Both the position numbers and the translations under genes were made by a program. DNA of 64,000 bases, taken from positions 1,476,780-1,540,779 of the forward strand of contig NMRA01000024.1 in NCBI GenBank assembly GCA_002633005.1, given 5' to 3'. This document shows, piece by piece, positions 11,615 through 26,500 of the stretch (positions within the stretch are counted from its first letter, which is position 1; each line of letters opens with the position of its first letter). The notes beneath the pieces are model-generated. The model saw nothing but the letters and a program-made list of their open reading frames with translations. It had not been told where the DNA came from and searched no databases. Origin of the DNA: Phoronis australis (Eukaryota; Animalia; Phoronida).

Positions 11615-14291
11615 CACCGTTGTCAAGAATTTCCTTGAAGTGACAGGCCACAAGGGCAATAGTTTAATTTAGTCCAGGCACTGGATTTTGAGATTCAGTC
11701 AACACTGCTGTTGATTTAATAGCAGGCCAAGGCATAGGATGAAATGGCTGGGACTGTAGCTTCAGTCAGCATTTATGAGTCTGGAAAATTACGTAAAACG
11801 GCAAGGTGTTGATATACATCTCCGTGAAATAACTAAAGCGTACAAAATAAATGAACAGCACCGACTCATGTGGAAAACCTTTGAAGGGTCAATGAACAGC
11901 ATTTACTAATAATTTATTAACCATCCCCCAAGTCTAACTGCAACAAAGAAGAGTTCAACAGCACAACAACTGAGGAAAGCACGATTGTGAATACTCGCCG
12001 TCATTGTGCGGAACAATTAAAACGACAACTCCGCAATGATCATGGCAGTGTCACAACTGAACAGCTGTGCCCGGATGTTTATGATGCAAAAATGGTGTTC
12101 ACACACAAACTGAATAACATAACAGTCGTTTGTTTCTCAAGGTCCACTAAACACCTGCTTCCTTTGAGTAGCAATTCGCCTTGTTCAGCTGACTAAAATG
12201 ATAACTGAATCGGGCCTTTTACTCCCATAAAATCAGTCTTATTACATTTCTCATAGAAGGAGCTTTAAGAGTAAAAGACCTAAATCGATTTTTGTAGGTT
12301 GCCAGCTACACAGAGCAAAATGCAGCTGTAAGATTACTAGTTATGTTAACATCACTAGCACGCCCCTCCCCCTTGTGGAGAACAATGATAAGAGCAAGGA
12401 AAAACAATAAATCTTTGACTAGGTTTTACCCACTTAGACTTTCAAATTTTACAATTACTCACCAAATGAATGCTTCTGCTTGAAGGGACTGAACTGTTTC
12501 GCGCATGAAATCAAGACACAGATTTAAAAGACTTCGTTACATCGATCATAATGTGAACGATAGGAAGTGAATTCATAAAATACGACTAGCAATCTTAGTA
12601 ACCACATGGTTGTGAAGGACAACTGCAAAGCAATAATGCCTGAAGGTGGCGCCACTCAATGTGTATTAAATATTCATTGTGAAACCAAGACTATATGAAA
12701 CACCAAAATGAACGGCAAAAAACTTCAATTTCGAACAAAGATAATTCACAAAAGTGCCTCGAGTCAGTAGACACTTTCTTGGCTCTTCTTTCTAAAAAAA
12801 TTGCCTGCACTGTTAAAACTGATTGACAAGCTCATCCAAGCTGTACCTAGATTACATGACAACAAATTCAAAAAATTCTGTCAGACCAGACCCTGACACG
12901 GAATAATAACAAATGTTTACAAGTGATCTAGTTCCTACTTAGCAAGAACATTACTGATGTACACTATAATCAGGGCGAAAACCACCAAACTGTACTCTAG
13001 ACTAGACTTCAATCATTATATTTTCGAGTCGAGTCTCGTGTAGCATTTTGTGAATACGAGCCCTCATACCGAACACTACTAACTTGACTTGGAACCAGTA
13101 CAGTTAAATACCTGCATGTTTTCCGCGCGAATGGGATTTCATTAGCACCACCGTGTGAACTGAGTTGTTTATTCCCTNGTAAACAACACTTGTCAGACAT
13201 TGTGGATAAAACAATAACATTATGTTAGAACGTTTACTGTATGCAATGCAAACCAGTGGAAGCACAGGACTGAAAAAAAAAAACAGTTATGAAGAACCTT
13301 GTCAACATGTCCAATATTTAGTGAAATATCCAAAAACTGTGAGACTTTAACTCAGTAAAAGCGTATTTTCTGAAACTAAGAAGCTTGAAGAATTTGATTT
13401 TTGAATTTTTTTCCAATCTGTCATTGATTAGCACGACCACGTCTATTAAGCACAGTTTAGTTTTCGTTTTGTGCAACTTTTGATTTTTTCATTCACGTCC
13501 TTTTCAATATTCCTTCAGGCAAAAGTGGAAAATTTTGTGAACAATTCCTAACAGCGTTTCCGAGAACAACACCTGGGGAGTTTCACAAGAATAAGATCAG
13601 CCGTTTCTAAGATAAGGTGTTCCAAATTCCATTTTTCTAGGCTCCTTACATAAACCTTAAAACAACTTTGCATTTTACTTAAAGTAACGGTACGTAATTG
13701 AAAACACCAGCATCCACAAAAATGACAATGACCTGAAAGACAAACAAATATGTCAAAGTGACAAATTTTTACACCTTTAGTGAAAACTACCTTAAAGGGT
13801 AAAATGTAAGAGAAGCCAACACCTAACAAAATGTAACTTGACAACATTATCAACATTAATTATTGTCGATATCACCTCGACTAAGACATTAATTAAACAG
13901 TGAAAATTATGAAGGCCAACTAGACACCAAAGCCAGCGCCACTTAACATTTAAATAAACGCAAGAGCAAGAACACGCTAAACTTGATTATGTCTTAAACA
14001 ATTTTTGGACATATATTGCTTACTCCCCAGTAAATACTAATTGACATCCGACTGTTGCTACCACAAACCTGGGCCCAGTTGAATAAAGTTATACGCAGGA
14101 TATTAGTAATGCCATCAGATATCCACGAATCGTGTTGCTCGTGTTGAATGATGTATTCGATGTTGTGTAACAATCAGACTTTATCCAATGGATAAGTTTT
14201 AACTTTTATGTAACCCAGCCGAGTTTGCTATCACTTCTGCAAACTTTAGAGTGCAAGACACACATGACTACGATGCTAATAATGTATTCCA

Positions 14292-15073
14292 AAGATACAA
14301 AATTGCATGGGTTTCAATACCACTTAATTCACAGAATATTGCCAACCAATAATCATTAGCATAAAATTAAAATAAAAACAAACGATTTATGCTCTTTCTG
14401 TGATGAACACAGAGAAAATTTTCTCCATCTTTTTTGAGAATGTCGTCTTGTTTCTGGTTTTTGGCTCCTGTTTGCTGAATGGTAAAAACAAACATTATGT
14501 AAATTTTCATGTGGACAAAATAACAGTGTTTTTTGGGAAACACTCAGTCAGAAAACTGTGACATTAATCTGTTGATCATACTGGCAAAAAATTACATATT
14601 TAGCCAAAAGTTTGTTAAAAAAATCTCAATTTCCAAATGTTCGTAAACTGTATTACATTTACACCCTGAAGAAAATACAGCCCTTGTTGACTAGTGATTT
14701 AATGTTATTCTTTGTAAATGATGTATACTGTATTGTTTTATGTGACATGTAATTATCATGCTTGAACAAAACAATAAAAAGTTATAATGTATTGTACTTA
14801 CATAAAATTTCTATGAGGTTCTTCCCCTTTTGATCACGTTTTATTTGTATCTCTCGATGCCCCATGCATGTTTATGAAACTTAATGTCATGTCATACGGT
14901 ACTGTCTTAAACTTAATTTACTTGTGTTTACCATTTTGTAGTATCCAATGTATTGTATTGTATTGTATTGTATTTCCAATGTAGTACACAGCGTTTCTGT
15001 TCTTTTATTTCATACTTTCACTGTATATTTTAAGTTTTGTGGTCATTAATAAAGGTCATTTTTCTGTCACAAA
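14292..15073 (+). mobile_element. 5'-truncated degenerate L1/Tx1-clade LINE (ORF2 C-terminal zinc-binding region) with 14-bp TSD
   Basis: Translates ...DTKLHGFQYHLIHRILPTNNH*HKIKIKTNDLCSFCDEHRENFLHLF*ECRLVSGFW... then INLLIILAKNYIF, matching the CxxC-H-C region downstream of L1/Tx1 RT. Direct repeat AATAATGTATTCCA at 14278-14291 and 15074-15087. AATAAA at 15048 and a short A tail. Confidence 0.85.
14949..14974. repeat. (TATTG)n microsatellite
   Basis: About 5 copies, inside the LINE insertion. Confidence 0.9.
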
Positions 15074-17353
15074 AATAATGTATTCCACTTTGCTAATTTT
15101 ATGGCAATGGAAAACATCAATTCAATCCTAGGAATTAGCAACCATCGGGTAATGGTGCCTAATGTCTGACTCAAACTTGAACTCAGACACAAAATCTCAT
15201 TTTCTACTGCATTCCAGTACAAATTCGAAATAGCCTAATGTCACACTCAAATTTTTGGATTCGAAATCAGGAGTAAAAACTCCAAATTTCGAGTTTGCCA
15301 AGCTAATATCAGTTGAATGAAACATCGAGTCCTTTTACACTTACTAGAAATTCTATTAGTGAACTTGCAGTTAATGGAGTTACTTCATTTATTTTCTTCA
15401 GGATATTGTCCTGTGATGATTTGCCGTAAAGATAAATACCCTTGGGCTGTCTTTGGTGAGTCCATTCATTCATGAATGTTGTTCAGCAAAATTACCCAAT
15501 GTGCTTTATGGCTTAATATTTATCAAAATCAGATATTTTAGGGAAAGATCCAACAAAAAACCAGAGCAATATTGCACTGTAAATTTGACGTTGCGCTGAC
15601 AGCAGTTAGAATGGTCCCGGATCGACATTTCGCACCACGGTGCAAGCATATTGTAAGGCACAATGGACTTAACAAGACACCAACGCTCCACTTACAGGAT
15701 TGAACATTTTCAGGAGCATCTATGTGTAGTTGTGGGCTTGCACCAAGATTGGTCATGAACACGGAAAGGGGTCACCGACGTTTGACACCAGGGGGGTCAT
15801 GTTTCATACAACGGGGAATTGATATTAACCAGCAGGTGTTAGTTAAGACAAGCCCCTCTTTTTAACATCCGAGAGTTAAGCTTTTATGGAAAGAAGTTTC
15901 TTACTCAAGACTAGGAGCACACCAGCTTGGATAAATGAAAAATTATAAGACAACAGTGTATAAGGCCGAATTCAATCCATAAGCATGTGGGTGCCCAATT
16001 AACAACTGAAGGCATAAACCTACAATCCCTTGATGAAGCAAGTTTCGTCTATGCTGTAGTTGCTGCTACTGAAACCTCACAATGACATTCCCACCTGATG
16101 ATCTATACCATGAAACAGATGCGGATGACTACACTTGCCATGTTACGCTGCCACACGCGAGACAGATATTACATGGAGTGTTTTGTAAAGAGATGAGTCT
16201 GAGTCGGTTCATTATAGTTACTGCTTTGTTTTCTAAAGCAGTACAAAAGTATGTTTTTTCACAAGACAAGAATTTTGTGCAGCTTACGTCACATCGAAGT
16301 GCACAAGCCTCAAAATCTAGTTGGCCTTTCACGTTACAAACATCAACAGTACAAGCTGGAAGACAACAAATGCATTGAAAAGCAAAGCAAATATCAAAGT
16401 TTGAATCCATTTCCAAAAATTTGGAGAATATCCACTCAAACTGAATATCAAATAGTTACTGTACAGCCATTGGGTTACCAAAAACAACAAAAAATTCAAT
16501 GTCAACAAGCTTAATTGACCAACATGCGCTAATGCAATAACGAAAATTTACATATAGGCTTCTTGAGATTATAGGCTGAGCATCAGTGTCAACTTGAGCT
16601 TGATATTAATATTCCAACAAATGAAATGCTATTTTTTCACAGGTTGACAATTTCCCATGGTTTTCCCCAGGAAAACTAACTTGCAATAACAACTTTTGTT
16701 TTTTTCCTGAACATTGAATTTCATGAAATAATTACAAAACAATCAATACATTGCCTCCATGAGCAAAATCGAGCATAACAACGCAACAGGCTTATACCGA
16801 AAAACGCTCTTCTGTGTTGAGAGGAGAGCAAATGAGCAGATCTGAAATTGGCACAGAGCATGTTTTCAATAGCATAGCAACGAAGGAGGTTTTAACAGTG
16901 GAGAAAAAAATTTGGACAATTTCCTGATGGAACATTGACCAAACCAGAAAACTTTTTCCAGCCAAACATTTACGTAATTCAGTCATTTTTTTCAGATTAA
17001 TCTCAAACCTTTGCCATAAATTTGACGAGGCCAAAAGGATAGACAAAGTTTGTCAACTATTTTACTAAAAGAACTGTATATATCACGTATCAGCTCCATC
17101 TCCTGGCCATTGAGTACAACGTAATCAGTGTGCCCTTTTTGCTCAACCAGCAAGCTACGTGGCAGCACCATCTACAGGACGCAAGCCACATCACAATGGC
17201 AGTGCACCCTATGTTGCTCAACCAGCAAACCATGATTCAATTCCTTCCCACTGCCGCCCAATCAGCAGGCCTCAAAATTCCCCACCTACATACAGCAGCA
17301 ATGCAACCATGCGTGCGCCAACCTTATAAACACACCAAGACACCCATCTGTAG

Positions 17354-17576
17354 TCACACCACTGCAGCAGCACCACCGGCACGGCTCACGTTCATGTTGT
17401 TCACAAACACCCACTTGTCCTGGTCCGTGTCGTAGACCTCTACGCTGCGGAGCCTGTTGGAGCCATCAAAGCCGCCCATGACGAACACCTTCTGCTCAAA
17501 CACGGCCACAGCTGGCCAAGCTCTCGGTGTGTTCATAGGAGCGATACACGTCCACTGATGAGTCAAAGTGTTGTAC
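17354..17576 (-). CDS. Kelch-like gene terminal exon: Kelch repeats 5-6, stop TGA
   Basis: ctcacccag acceptor; ...RAGGAAAVV*. Confidence 0.95.
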
Positions 17577-20500
17577 CTGGGTGAGACAAGATTACACTTA
17601 ATACGAAGTTCAAGTCATACATTTTCCAAGTTATGACATAACCAAAAGTAAGTCTTTCAGAGAAGGCAGTGTGGCCTAGTGGGTTGAGGGTTCGTCTCCT
17701 GTTCACAAGATTGTAACTCCAAATCCCACTGCTAGACCCTTGTTTCAGGTCTCTAGCTCCTCAGCTTAGTCTTAATTTGTGTATATGTCTTCATGTAATG
17801 TGTTTATTAATAAATGAAAATGGCTTCACGTGTTTGGTGCAATGGGTTTAGCTGAGCGGCTTCAGCATGTCTGATTAACATGTATCAGACCACCTGCACT
17901 ATTTTTTTTTTTTAATTCAAAACAATTTGCCAACAGTGACAATGAACTACACAAAACTGTCAATACAAGAGGAATCGTACTATTAAGCAAACTGAAGGCT
18001 TAATTGATTATCATTCAGCAGTGTGTCTGGTTGATGTGCAATATTTAATCAAACTATTTGTCTGTTTCAAAAATCCTCTAATTGATGATTTATGACATTT
18101 TAGTACAAAACAAATGTCAGTGACAAAGGTTGCAAAGGTCGTGCAAGATAAATTTAAATTGTACGGCTTGTGACCTACATTTAATATTTCACAGTGATGG
18201 TTTATCAGCTCTTAGAGTATCAAAAAGTAACCTTCGGATAGCAGTTTCCCATTAGAACACTTGATCGACACAACTTTTTATGAACTCGGGAAACTCTACC
18301 ATAAAAAACTGTACACTTTTTCATGGATACGCTATGCAAATAACTTGATTTTTAACTATTTGCACATTACAGTTGTACAAACCTTTGGAGAATAATATAA
18401 AACCTTTACTAGCATAGCAAAATTTATGCAATAAAGAAAATTATCACGAGAGTGAATAAATCAATAGACCAGGTACCACATCTTCAGTTCATTAACGGGT
18501 TAACAACCTCCTTACCTCTCAGCCACGTTGAAATACTGATCGTTGTGTCGAGACCGTCCACCAAACGCATACAGGTAGTGGTCGATGGCGACCAGCGCCA
18601 GACCAGAGCGAGCTTTCTCCATCTCGGCCACAAAAGTCCACTCCTGCTCCTCAGGGTCGTAACACTCCACGCTGGCTCGGTCTGTGTGGTACGTCTTATC
18701 ATACCCACCTGAGAAATAAAGAGCAAACAAGGTGTGGCTTTTTTCACAGGCATGTTGTTCGGGGCTTGCAATGACCAATGACAAAAAAGAGGAACATTTT
18801 CCAGGTGATGAATCGTTCCGCAAATAAACAGGCTTGTGTGATAGAAATACTGTCTTGCAAAATTTAACTGAAATGAACGTTTTTGCATGAATAAAGTCAC
18901 AATAATGATAAAAAAAGAGATGAAAAAAGAGGATACTGGGAATCAAAGAGGAAAATTCCAAGCCCTGCTTATTACAGGGAACAGTGAAAACAGTAACAAC
19001 GAAGCATCTAATATTATTGCCGTTTTCAAAAGCAAACAACATCGTTGTTATGAGTAATAAGAGAATGATGTGCCCATACTTCCCTAATTTTCTAAAAATA
19101 TCAATATATAAGTACTAGAGTTTAATTACTGTAGTATCAGATACTGGTGCTAGTCCTTTAACAAGAGCTCGTCTCGAATATGCACCGGGTAGAACTCAGA
19201 TGAAAACACCATTGTTGAATAAACGCCAGGTCTCAAATATGCGCTGGGAGCAGTTATTCAAAACTCACTGAAAGAGAAACTCTGACCACAATTCATGGTT
19301 TTACTGGATACTCTAGGGCCCAATGCTAACTGAATGCAAGTCAACATAACGCGTGGAAATTAATGAGTTAGATGCGCTGCAAGCATTAACATTGGTTGTT
19401 TTAAAAACGTACACAATATTGAGAAGCCAGTCCTGCAGTCGTCTGGATATGGCTGTCAAGTGAAACCAACACTGTTCAAAACAATGCTCATTTACAAACC
19501 ATGTAGTTGGTAACACTTCTAAACAATAAGTGTGCACCCTCTGTGCAAAACTGGCCTTGTTGAATAAGCGCCAGGTTAAACCTAAGTTTAGAACAAGCGC
19601 TGGGTAAAAAAAACGTCTTCCAAAAAATTAAGTGCGAGTGCTAATAAACGACACAATGGTATTAGGTTCAATAAGAGGAGCATGTTTTGTAGGCCTATCA
19701 AAATGTTGGTAATTTTGGATGATTTCTTACAAAATGATTAGTCGACACAAAACTCTATAGTCATAGTGGATGACAGATCAGCAGATTTACACACAACGGT
19801 AGTGAAAGAAGTAAATATCACTCGGCTAAGCAATAATATCGTAATACGCACCGGCCACGTATATCTTGCCGTCACAAACTGCCACGCCAGCGCCCGCGCG
19901 CTTGCGCTTCATGCTGGTGATGAATGACCACTGGTCAGTCTTGGGGTCATACCGCTCAACAACATTAAAGCTACATCCCCGATCCTCTCCACCTGAAAAC
20001 ATTAAATCTTCTTCAGCACAAACCATTCCCAATACATCGTGTTCCCCATAAGATGCAAGGTGTGTTTTTATTCCATTTCTGCACACAATATGGTGCAAAG
20101 CTATATTACAGCTCTGGTTAAAGACTATACGCGAGGTTAAGCAACAAGACAGTAACATTGTTCCCGAGTACCGTTTACGCTACAAAAGTTGACACCAATC
20201 AGCTGACACGCAACAATGAGATGTTCTAGCGCAAATATGTGTGTAAACAAGAATGACGTGGAACAAATTGACACCGCGGTGACACCTCTCGCCACCTGTT
20301 GGTGAGGTAGAGCAACTATTATATGTCTAAACATGAAACTGGGGCAAGGCGGAAAGGATCATCTCTACTGCGCTTTGAGCAATGACCTACATATGGGTTC
20401 TCTGTCATTGCACCTCCCGCCATTTGTAAACCTGCGCATGTGCGTTCCACACTCCAGCCTACAACTTCCGTCTTGCCACAGTTAGGGAGTGTGTGTAAAC

Positions 20501-23500
20501 GGCCACTTGACACCGATCAATTTGCTACATGTAGTTGCGCCGGGCAAAAAGCTGATGTTTGAATGGGAATCTAATACAACTCAGTTGGGAACTTGCAAAT
20601 GAACTATTACACCAATGTTTACGGACCATAGCACATCTGCAAAACTGGAGAAATATTCTCCACCATGTTCCTTACACAAGGTAACAAAAAATTCACAGAA
20701 AGTTGATAACAAAATCGCGCGTCTTTTGCCAACTTTGTACTCTATAGCATGCAACTCGAACAAAGCTCCTTGTCACGGTACAGGTTGGTACGTACCGATA
20801 GCATATAAGTATCGTCCTAACGATGCAACAGCGATGAATGACCGAGCAATCTTCATCTCAGCATTGGGCACCCAGCACTTTATCACAGGGTCGTAGGACT
20901 CCACACTGCGCAGATAAAGGGTATCCTCCTGACTTTCTATCAAGGCACACTCTCCACCAATAACGTACAGTATACCGTTGAGCGTGGCGCACCCTACGGC
21001 TGTTCTGGCTATGTTCATGTTGGCCTGGAAGAAAGGAAACTGTGTGTAATGAACATGGTTTAAAAACGGCGTGTATCCATAAAAATCCATCTCGAGAAGT
21101 TTCCTAAACCATAATGTGACTTCATTTCTGGTGCCCAGGCAAAAACACTTCTGGAAATTGAATGGTTTCCAAAATTTCACAGGTTCAAGTCAATGACAAG
21201 TTATGTTCAGACTAAATTTTGAAACCAATACAATTAAATGCGTAGCAAATGTTTAAGTAGTAGTCCAGAGTTTGGCAATTAAGACAGTTTGCTAAAATTC
21301 AAATTGAAACATTTTGTATTTTATACATCAAATCTAATTGTGATTTTTGATCTGATTACAACAAGAGAGACTGCAAGGATACTCGGTGTTTGGGATTTTT
21401 CGTATTCGTACCAAAGATCATGATTATTCTCCATCACCCAATGATACGGTTTAATTTAAATTCTATCTGCCCCATTCATTAAATTAGAAAGGAGTTGTAA
21501 GAGAGCATATGGGTAAACGAAGGCTCAAAGATATGCAACTTTAAAAATAGATAATAGTAGCAAGTTTGATGGGATTTAACATGCAAATATACAGCCTATG
21601 AGCTTCATCCCAGACTGAGTCATTGTTACTCCACAACTTGAATTTAATTTTAATTAGTTCTTCTGACAAACACAGAATCAAAACATTCGACACTGAAATG
21701 CACACATGGCCACGTATTCCCAGTCAGGTTGTGCATAACAAACATGGGTTTCAACCAATCGAAGATTAACGCTGCGTTGGCAAGTTGAACAAGCTACGGC
21801 ATTCCATAAAGCTTGTCACACTACTCCAATATTAGAAAACTGCCAGACTCAGTATATTTCACTCTTTCATGGGTCAACTACAATGCAAGACCACATTTTT
21901 GTAACTGGTAACCAACATCGAAATTGTGATCTTTCATATAGCGAATCAGTCCACTTCATCACCTTCAAAATTCGATACCTAATGACCCTATCACCTTCAT
22001 GAATTCGATGCCTAAAGGACCAATGAGTCAGGGTCATCAGGGAAAATTTTGAAAATCATCCGAATGATTTTAACTGACAGCAGTTCAGTTCAATACATGC
22101 TGGAATCGCCTGCAATGTTGCTAGGTAACAGTTATAAGGATTGGTTTTAGGTTACAATAATAACAAGAAATTGATGACAAGTCAAATTTCATCGCCATTT
22201 TGCTTAGATGCATTCAATATATGATCAACAGGATACCATCAGTCAAAGGACAAATAACAGCCGGTTACACAAATCACCAGGAAGAGATCTCTTCCCCGAT
22301 ATCACAATGTATAACATGCAACCAATAAGCCAGTGACAGGGCCAAGTTCTGTAGATGCAAGACTTGCAAATAAAGCTTAAGTGTGATCACATACTTTATT
22401 TGCATGAAAATATCTCACTAAGACTTGCATAATCTAGCATTTTTGTGAATGAGTTGCATGTACAGGGACGGGCACCAGAACATGGTCGAGTTCCGCGGAA
22501 TCAAGGATTTCGTTAAGGAAGCTAGTGAGACCCTGTGTTTTCTTTATAATACATGGTGTGATGGCAATATCTCGAGAAGTCTTGCATAATCTCGCATTTT
22601 CATTAGGTTCTCGCACATGTCTACGAAACACACGCCAGACCTCATAAGGAGCCAGTATGGCATAGTGGGCCAAATGTCCGCTCCGGCGCTCCCATTACTC
22701 ACATTCGTGGGGGCGAGTCCCACAGGGACACACTGCTAGAGCCTTGAGTCCGGTCCCTTAACTCATCAGCTCAATTTAACTAAATGTAAATGGTTCCAAG
22801 CGATCAGTGCAATGGGCCCACCTGAGCAGGCCTTTATGCAGCGTACGTCCTGGGCGTCCAAATGCCCGCCCTTACACTAATCTGGATGTCCTGGCAAGGA
22901 TGCCCAATGTATCATTTGAACACCCACTGTCAATAGGAACCTTTCAAGTTTAGACTCACACATTGTAATGAATACTAGAAAGCCTCTGAAGGCTCACAGT
23001 GGGGGGGCTCTTTTTTCAAAGCAGGAAGAAATATACAATGCATATACAAAGTATATGCATTGTTGCTATTTTGACACTTGATTGACAGCATTGTAAAAGT
23101 CTTGGTCTACAAAGGTTTTTTTAGTAAAAATGATCACCATAGAAGGCTGTTTTATAAACTTAGATGTAAAAACCTTGATCTATGCATTTTTTGTAAAAAA
23201 ATCTGTGTGTTTGGGGGTATTGCNNNNNNNNNNNNNNNNNNNNNNNNNNNNNNNNNNNNNNNNNNNNNNNNNNNNNNNNNNNNNNNNNNNNNNNNNNNNN
23301 NNNNNNNNNNNNNNNNNNTTCTTTTTAGTGTAAATGATCCAATATTCCTGTTCAAAACGCTCTTTGCTTGAAGTGCATAGACGGGTTTACATCTGTCCAA
23401 ACCAAGAACAGCTTCCTTCATAGACATGTATAGGCTGTGTGTGAACTTGGAATCCTGTTTAAACTCAAGTTCGCGTATGCATGAACTTGAAATACACCAT

Positions 23501-26500
23501 GAAACTCAGTGGCAAGTTCGCTCAAATAATCACGTTCACGTTGATAAAAATTGCACCAAAGCAAATTACATTGTTCATAAAGCATGCAAATATTAACTAA
23601 CCTCTTTTCAACCATTGAGGGTTTGAAACAAAAAAATTGATAAAACAATGATTCAGATATTCCTCCGATTCTCTGATGCACATTCTGGTAAAGGAGAAAA
23701 TGAGTGAAAATTGACCTGATCGTGAGGCAAAATAATTACAAAAATTCTTTACCCTGAACATATACACATCAAACAGTAATGCTGTGAACAACTGTAATAG
23801 GAATACTAGGGTCAAAGTGGACTCTCAGAGTCATCAGCTAGTCTGGTCTACATACAGTTCTTTCACTGGCTGGTACATTAGGGGTTGTTGTGTGAATATT
23901 CAGCTGTTATTTTTTCTGACTAATATTATCCGGATGATGATATATGTATTAACATATCGAAATGTCAATCAAATCTTGTGCCTGGTGTCAATTTCCTGTA
24001 ACAGATACACGGTACATTCACCATAATACCTAGAAACTTGAAATTTCTAAAAAGTAATTTCTGTTCAGAAATCTAACAAAATAAAATTTCACTTGCCAGC
24101 CTTATTGTGTCCCAACCGAAGACTTTTTAGGGCAACTAGAGTTAACGACCACTAAAGTAGAAACTAATGAACCTGTAACCTGATGGTAGGCTAATAACGA
24201 CTTCAAAGAAACGTGTGAAAAAAGAAGTTCATTAACCAATGCCGATAAGCAATCTTACATTGCTCAAAAGATCTACTCAATGGCAAGAAGCAATTATGAT
24301 CAGCGGAATGACAGTGTACAAAAATAAAATCAATCAAGGAGCACATGTCTTGCACCTGGCAACCAAACAGTTTTACTGGGCTCCACTTAAATTGGATTGC
24401 ATCACAAACATTCCTGGACAGCCTTACACAGCATGATAACTTCTCAGTTTTAACACAGATACATGAAACTCACCAGGGGGGATGATTCAGTGACTAAATT
24501 TTTAACCAAAACCACTCTGATAAAACATCCTTTCCATCCTAAAGACAGACTTCAAGTTCTCATTCCTACTTAGGACGCTATTGGATATTTTGAGCTTCAG
24601 GATAGCATACAAGAATTTATTTCTGAGTTGTTCCTATTTGCATTCATGCTCAGACGTACCCGAGCACCCTTCAACGAACTTGTTTCTACTTTTAAATGCC
24701 CAAGTTAGCGATTCTCAGTTTTAACAGCCATAAACGATTTTGAAGTTTCTCAGTTTAAATGTTCTAGGCGTCATTGCGTCACGTAGATAGCACGAGCACA
24801 TGAGACAAAATCATCTGCTCAAATCTCAATGGCACCATATTCAATATGACCAAACTACAACTACGTGCGATTTAATAAGCGCCCATTAATCCTTATATTA
24901 CGTCAAAATCCCACCGGCTGCAGACAAAAATAGCCAAAATTTCCCATTTGTTTTATTGAAAAACAATTATGCAAACGCTCAAAAAATTTTTTAAATATTT
25001 ACTAATGGTAGGTACAGTACACAACTCGAAAACAAAGCGTTAATTCGATGCTGTAAATCTTTTATGAAAAACATGAGACAACAAAATTTCACTTGTCCGC
25101 CATATTGTTCCCTAAGTTATGGATATTTCATGGAAGCAAAGCCTCACCAACTCAGCGTAGGATACAGCTGACAACAAGAAACTTCACCAATTTGTTTCAG
25201 AAACCACGAAGCATCAAATCAATGCTTCACCGTGTTCAAGTTTCCATAACATAACTTCCATGATACAACATTTGAAAGAATAACAGAAGACACTGAAAAA
25301 AGGAATAAAGAGCAATTTTGGCAATTATTTTTGTCCGAAATTAGAAAGAATTTACCGTAAGTATGTCAGCAGAGACTCACAGTAAGGACATTGAGACAGC
25401 ATACTAACAAAACATGCGAGTTCCAAGTTCTTGTCTTGCGAACGGAACATTCCGACTTCGAAAATACATTATTTCACCACTTTTGCTTTTGCCAGTTTCC
25501 TCATTTTTACAATAAAACGAAAGATACAAAGCATCCAAACAGACAAGCGTGATAATCAATAAGTCATTATTCCGCCATGTTTCATTACACTGAGTATCAT
25601 TTATGACTTCTGTACTTAATAAGCAGGCTGTAATTAATTAGTCATCACCTGCCTAACTAACATCTGAGCTGTGTGTTTCATTAGACAAGATGCACTGCCA
25701 GATTGTATGAACACAGCCTTCGCCTTCGCACAGCGCTGTTTGGTGAGCAAGGCACTCTCCACAGCTGTTCATTGTGGCGCCATGTGGATTTCCAGTCAAA
25801 GAACTATGTACTAGGAAAACTATATAAGGCATATTTTGAAAAAATTTGCAAGTAAATTGTAGGACTATATTTACCATAAAAATATAACATATTAAGAGGT
25901 CAAAGGGCAAAATACCTACCTGAGTAAGCATCAAGTTTCAGGCCCTACCAACCCCTTCTATGAAGGAACCTTTCGCCACAAGAATCCTTAAGATATGAAT
26001 TTTTTACTACCAGGAAACCACAGCTTATAAATTTAAAGGACAACATAAAGGTGAAGTGGGTCCTATTTCACAACACAGTCAAGAAATCGCAAACAGTGCA
26101 CTTATACCGCATACAGTACACTTATACCACATACAGTACACTTATACCGCTAACAATTTATAGATGGATAGACCACAGCAATGGTTTGAATGTGACAATT
26201 TAATCTCGATGAGAGAGGGGACCCACCCGTCAACAACTGCAACCCGCCAAGTCTTTAGTATGCTCAACAACGAATGCACTAACTTATGCATGTGTAGAGG
26301 AAAATGGCCCGTGAACTGTAAAAGATTGCCACTCACCGCTGGGAACCACTGGTCGTGATGAACATCGTACTTCTCCATACTCCCCAGTTGACAATCCACA
26401 CCATTCCTACCCCCTAGCACGTAGACGCTGAGGGGCTCAGCCCGGCAACACGCCAGCCCCTCGCTGCCAGCAACACTAGTCTCGTTCTTGATCCGTACAG

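Noticed and set aside
5807-17300. Numerous 60-100 aa ORFs
   Set aside because: No splice-consistent structure or protein-like composition; strand skew fits two convergent long 3' UTRs plus repeats
17130-17435. 101-aa + strand ORF with a repeated LLNQQ motif
   Set aside because: Antisense shadow of the Kelch last exon and UTR; the repeat is a short local duplication (TTGCTCAACCAGCAA twice)
17665-17765. tRNA gene
   Set aside because: A-box-like motif only; no cloverleaf or intact T-loop; a related degenerate copy elsewhere indicates a SINE
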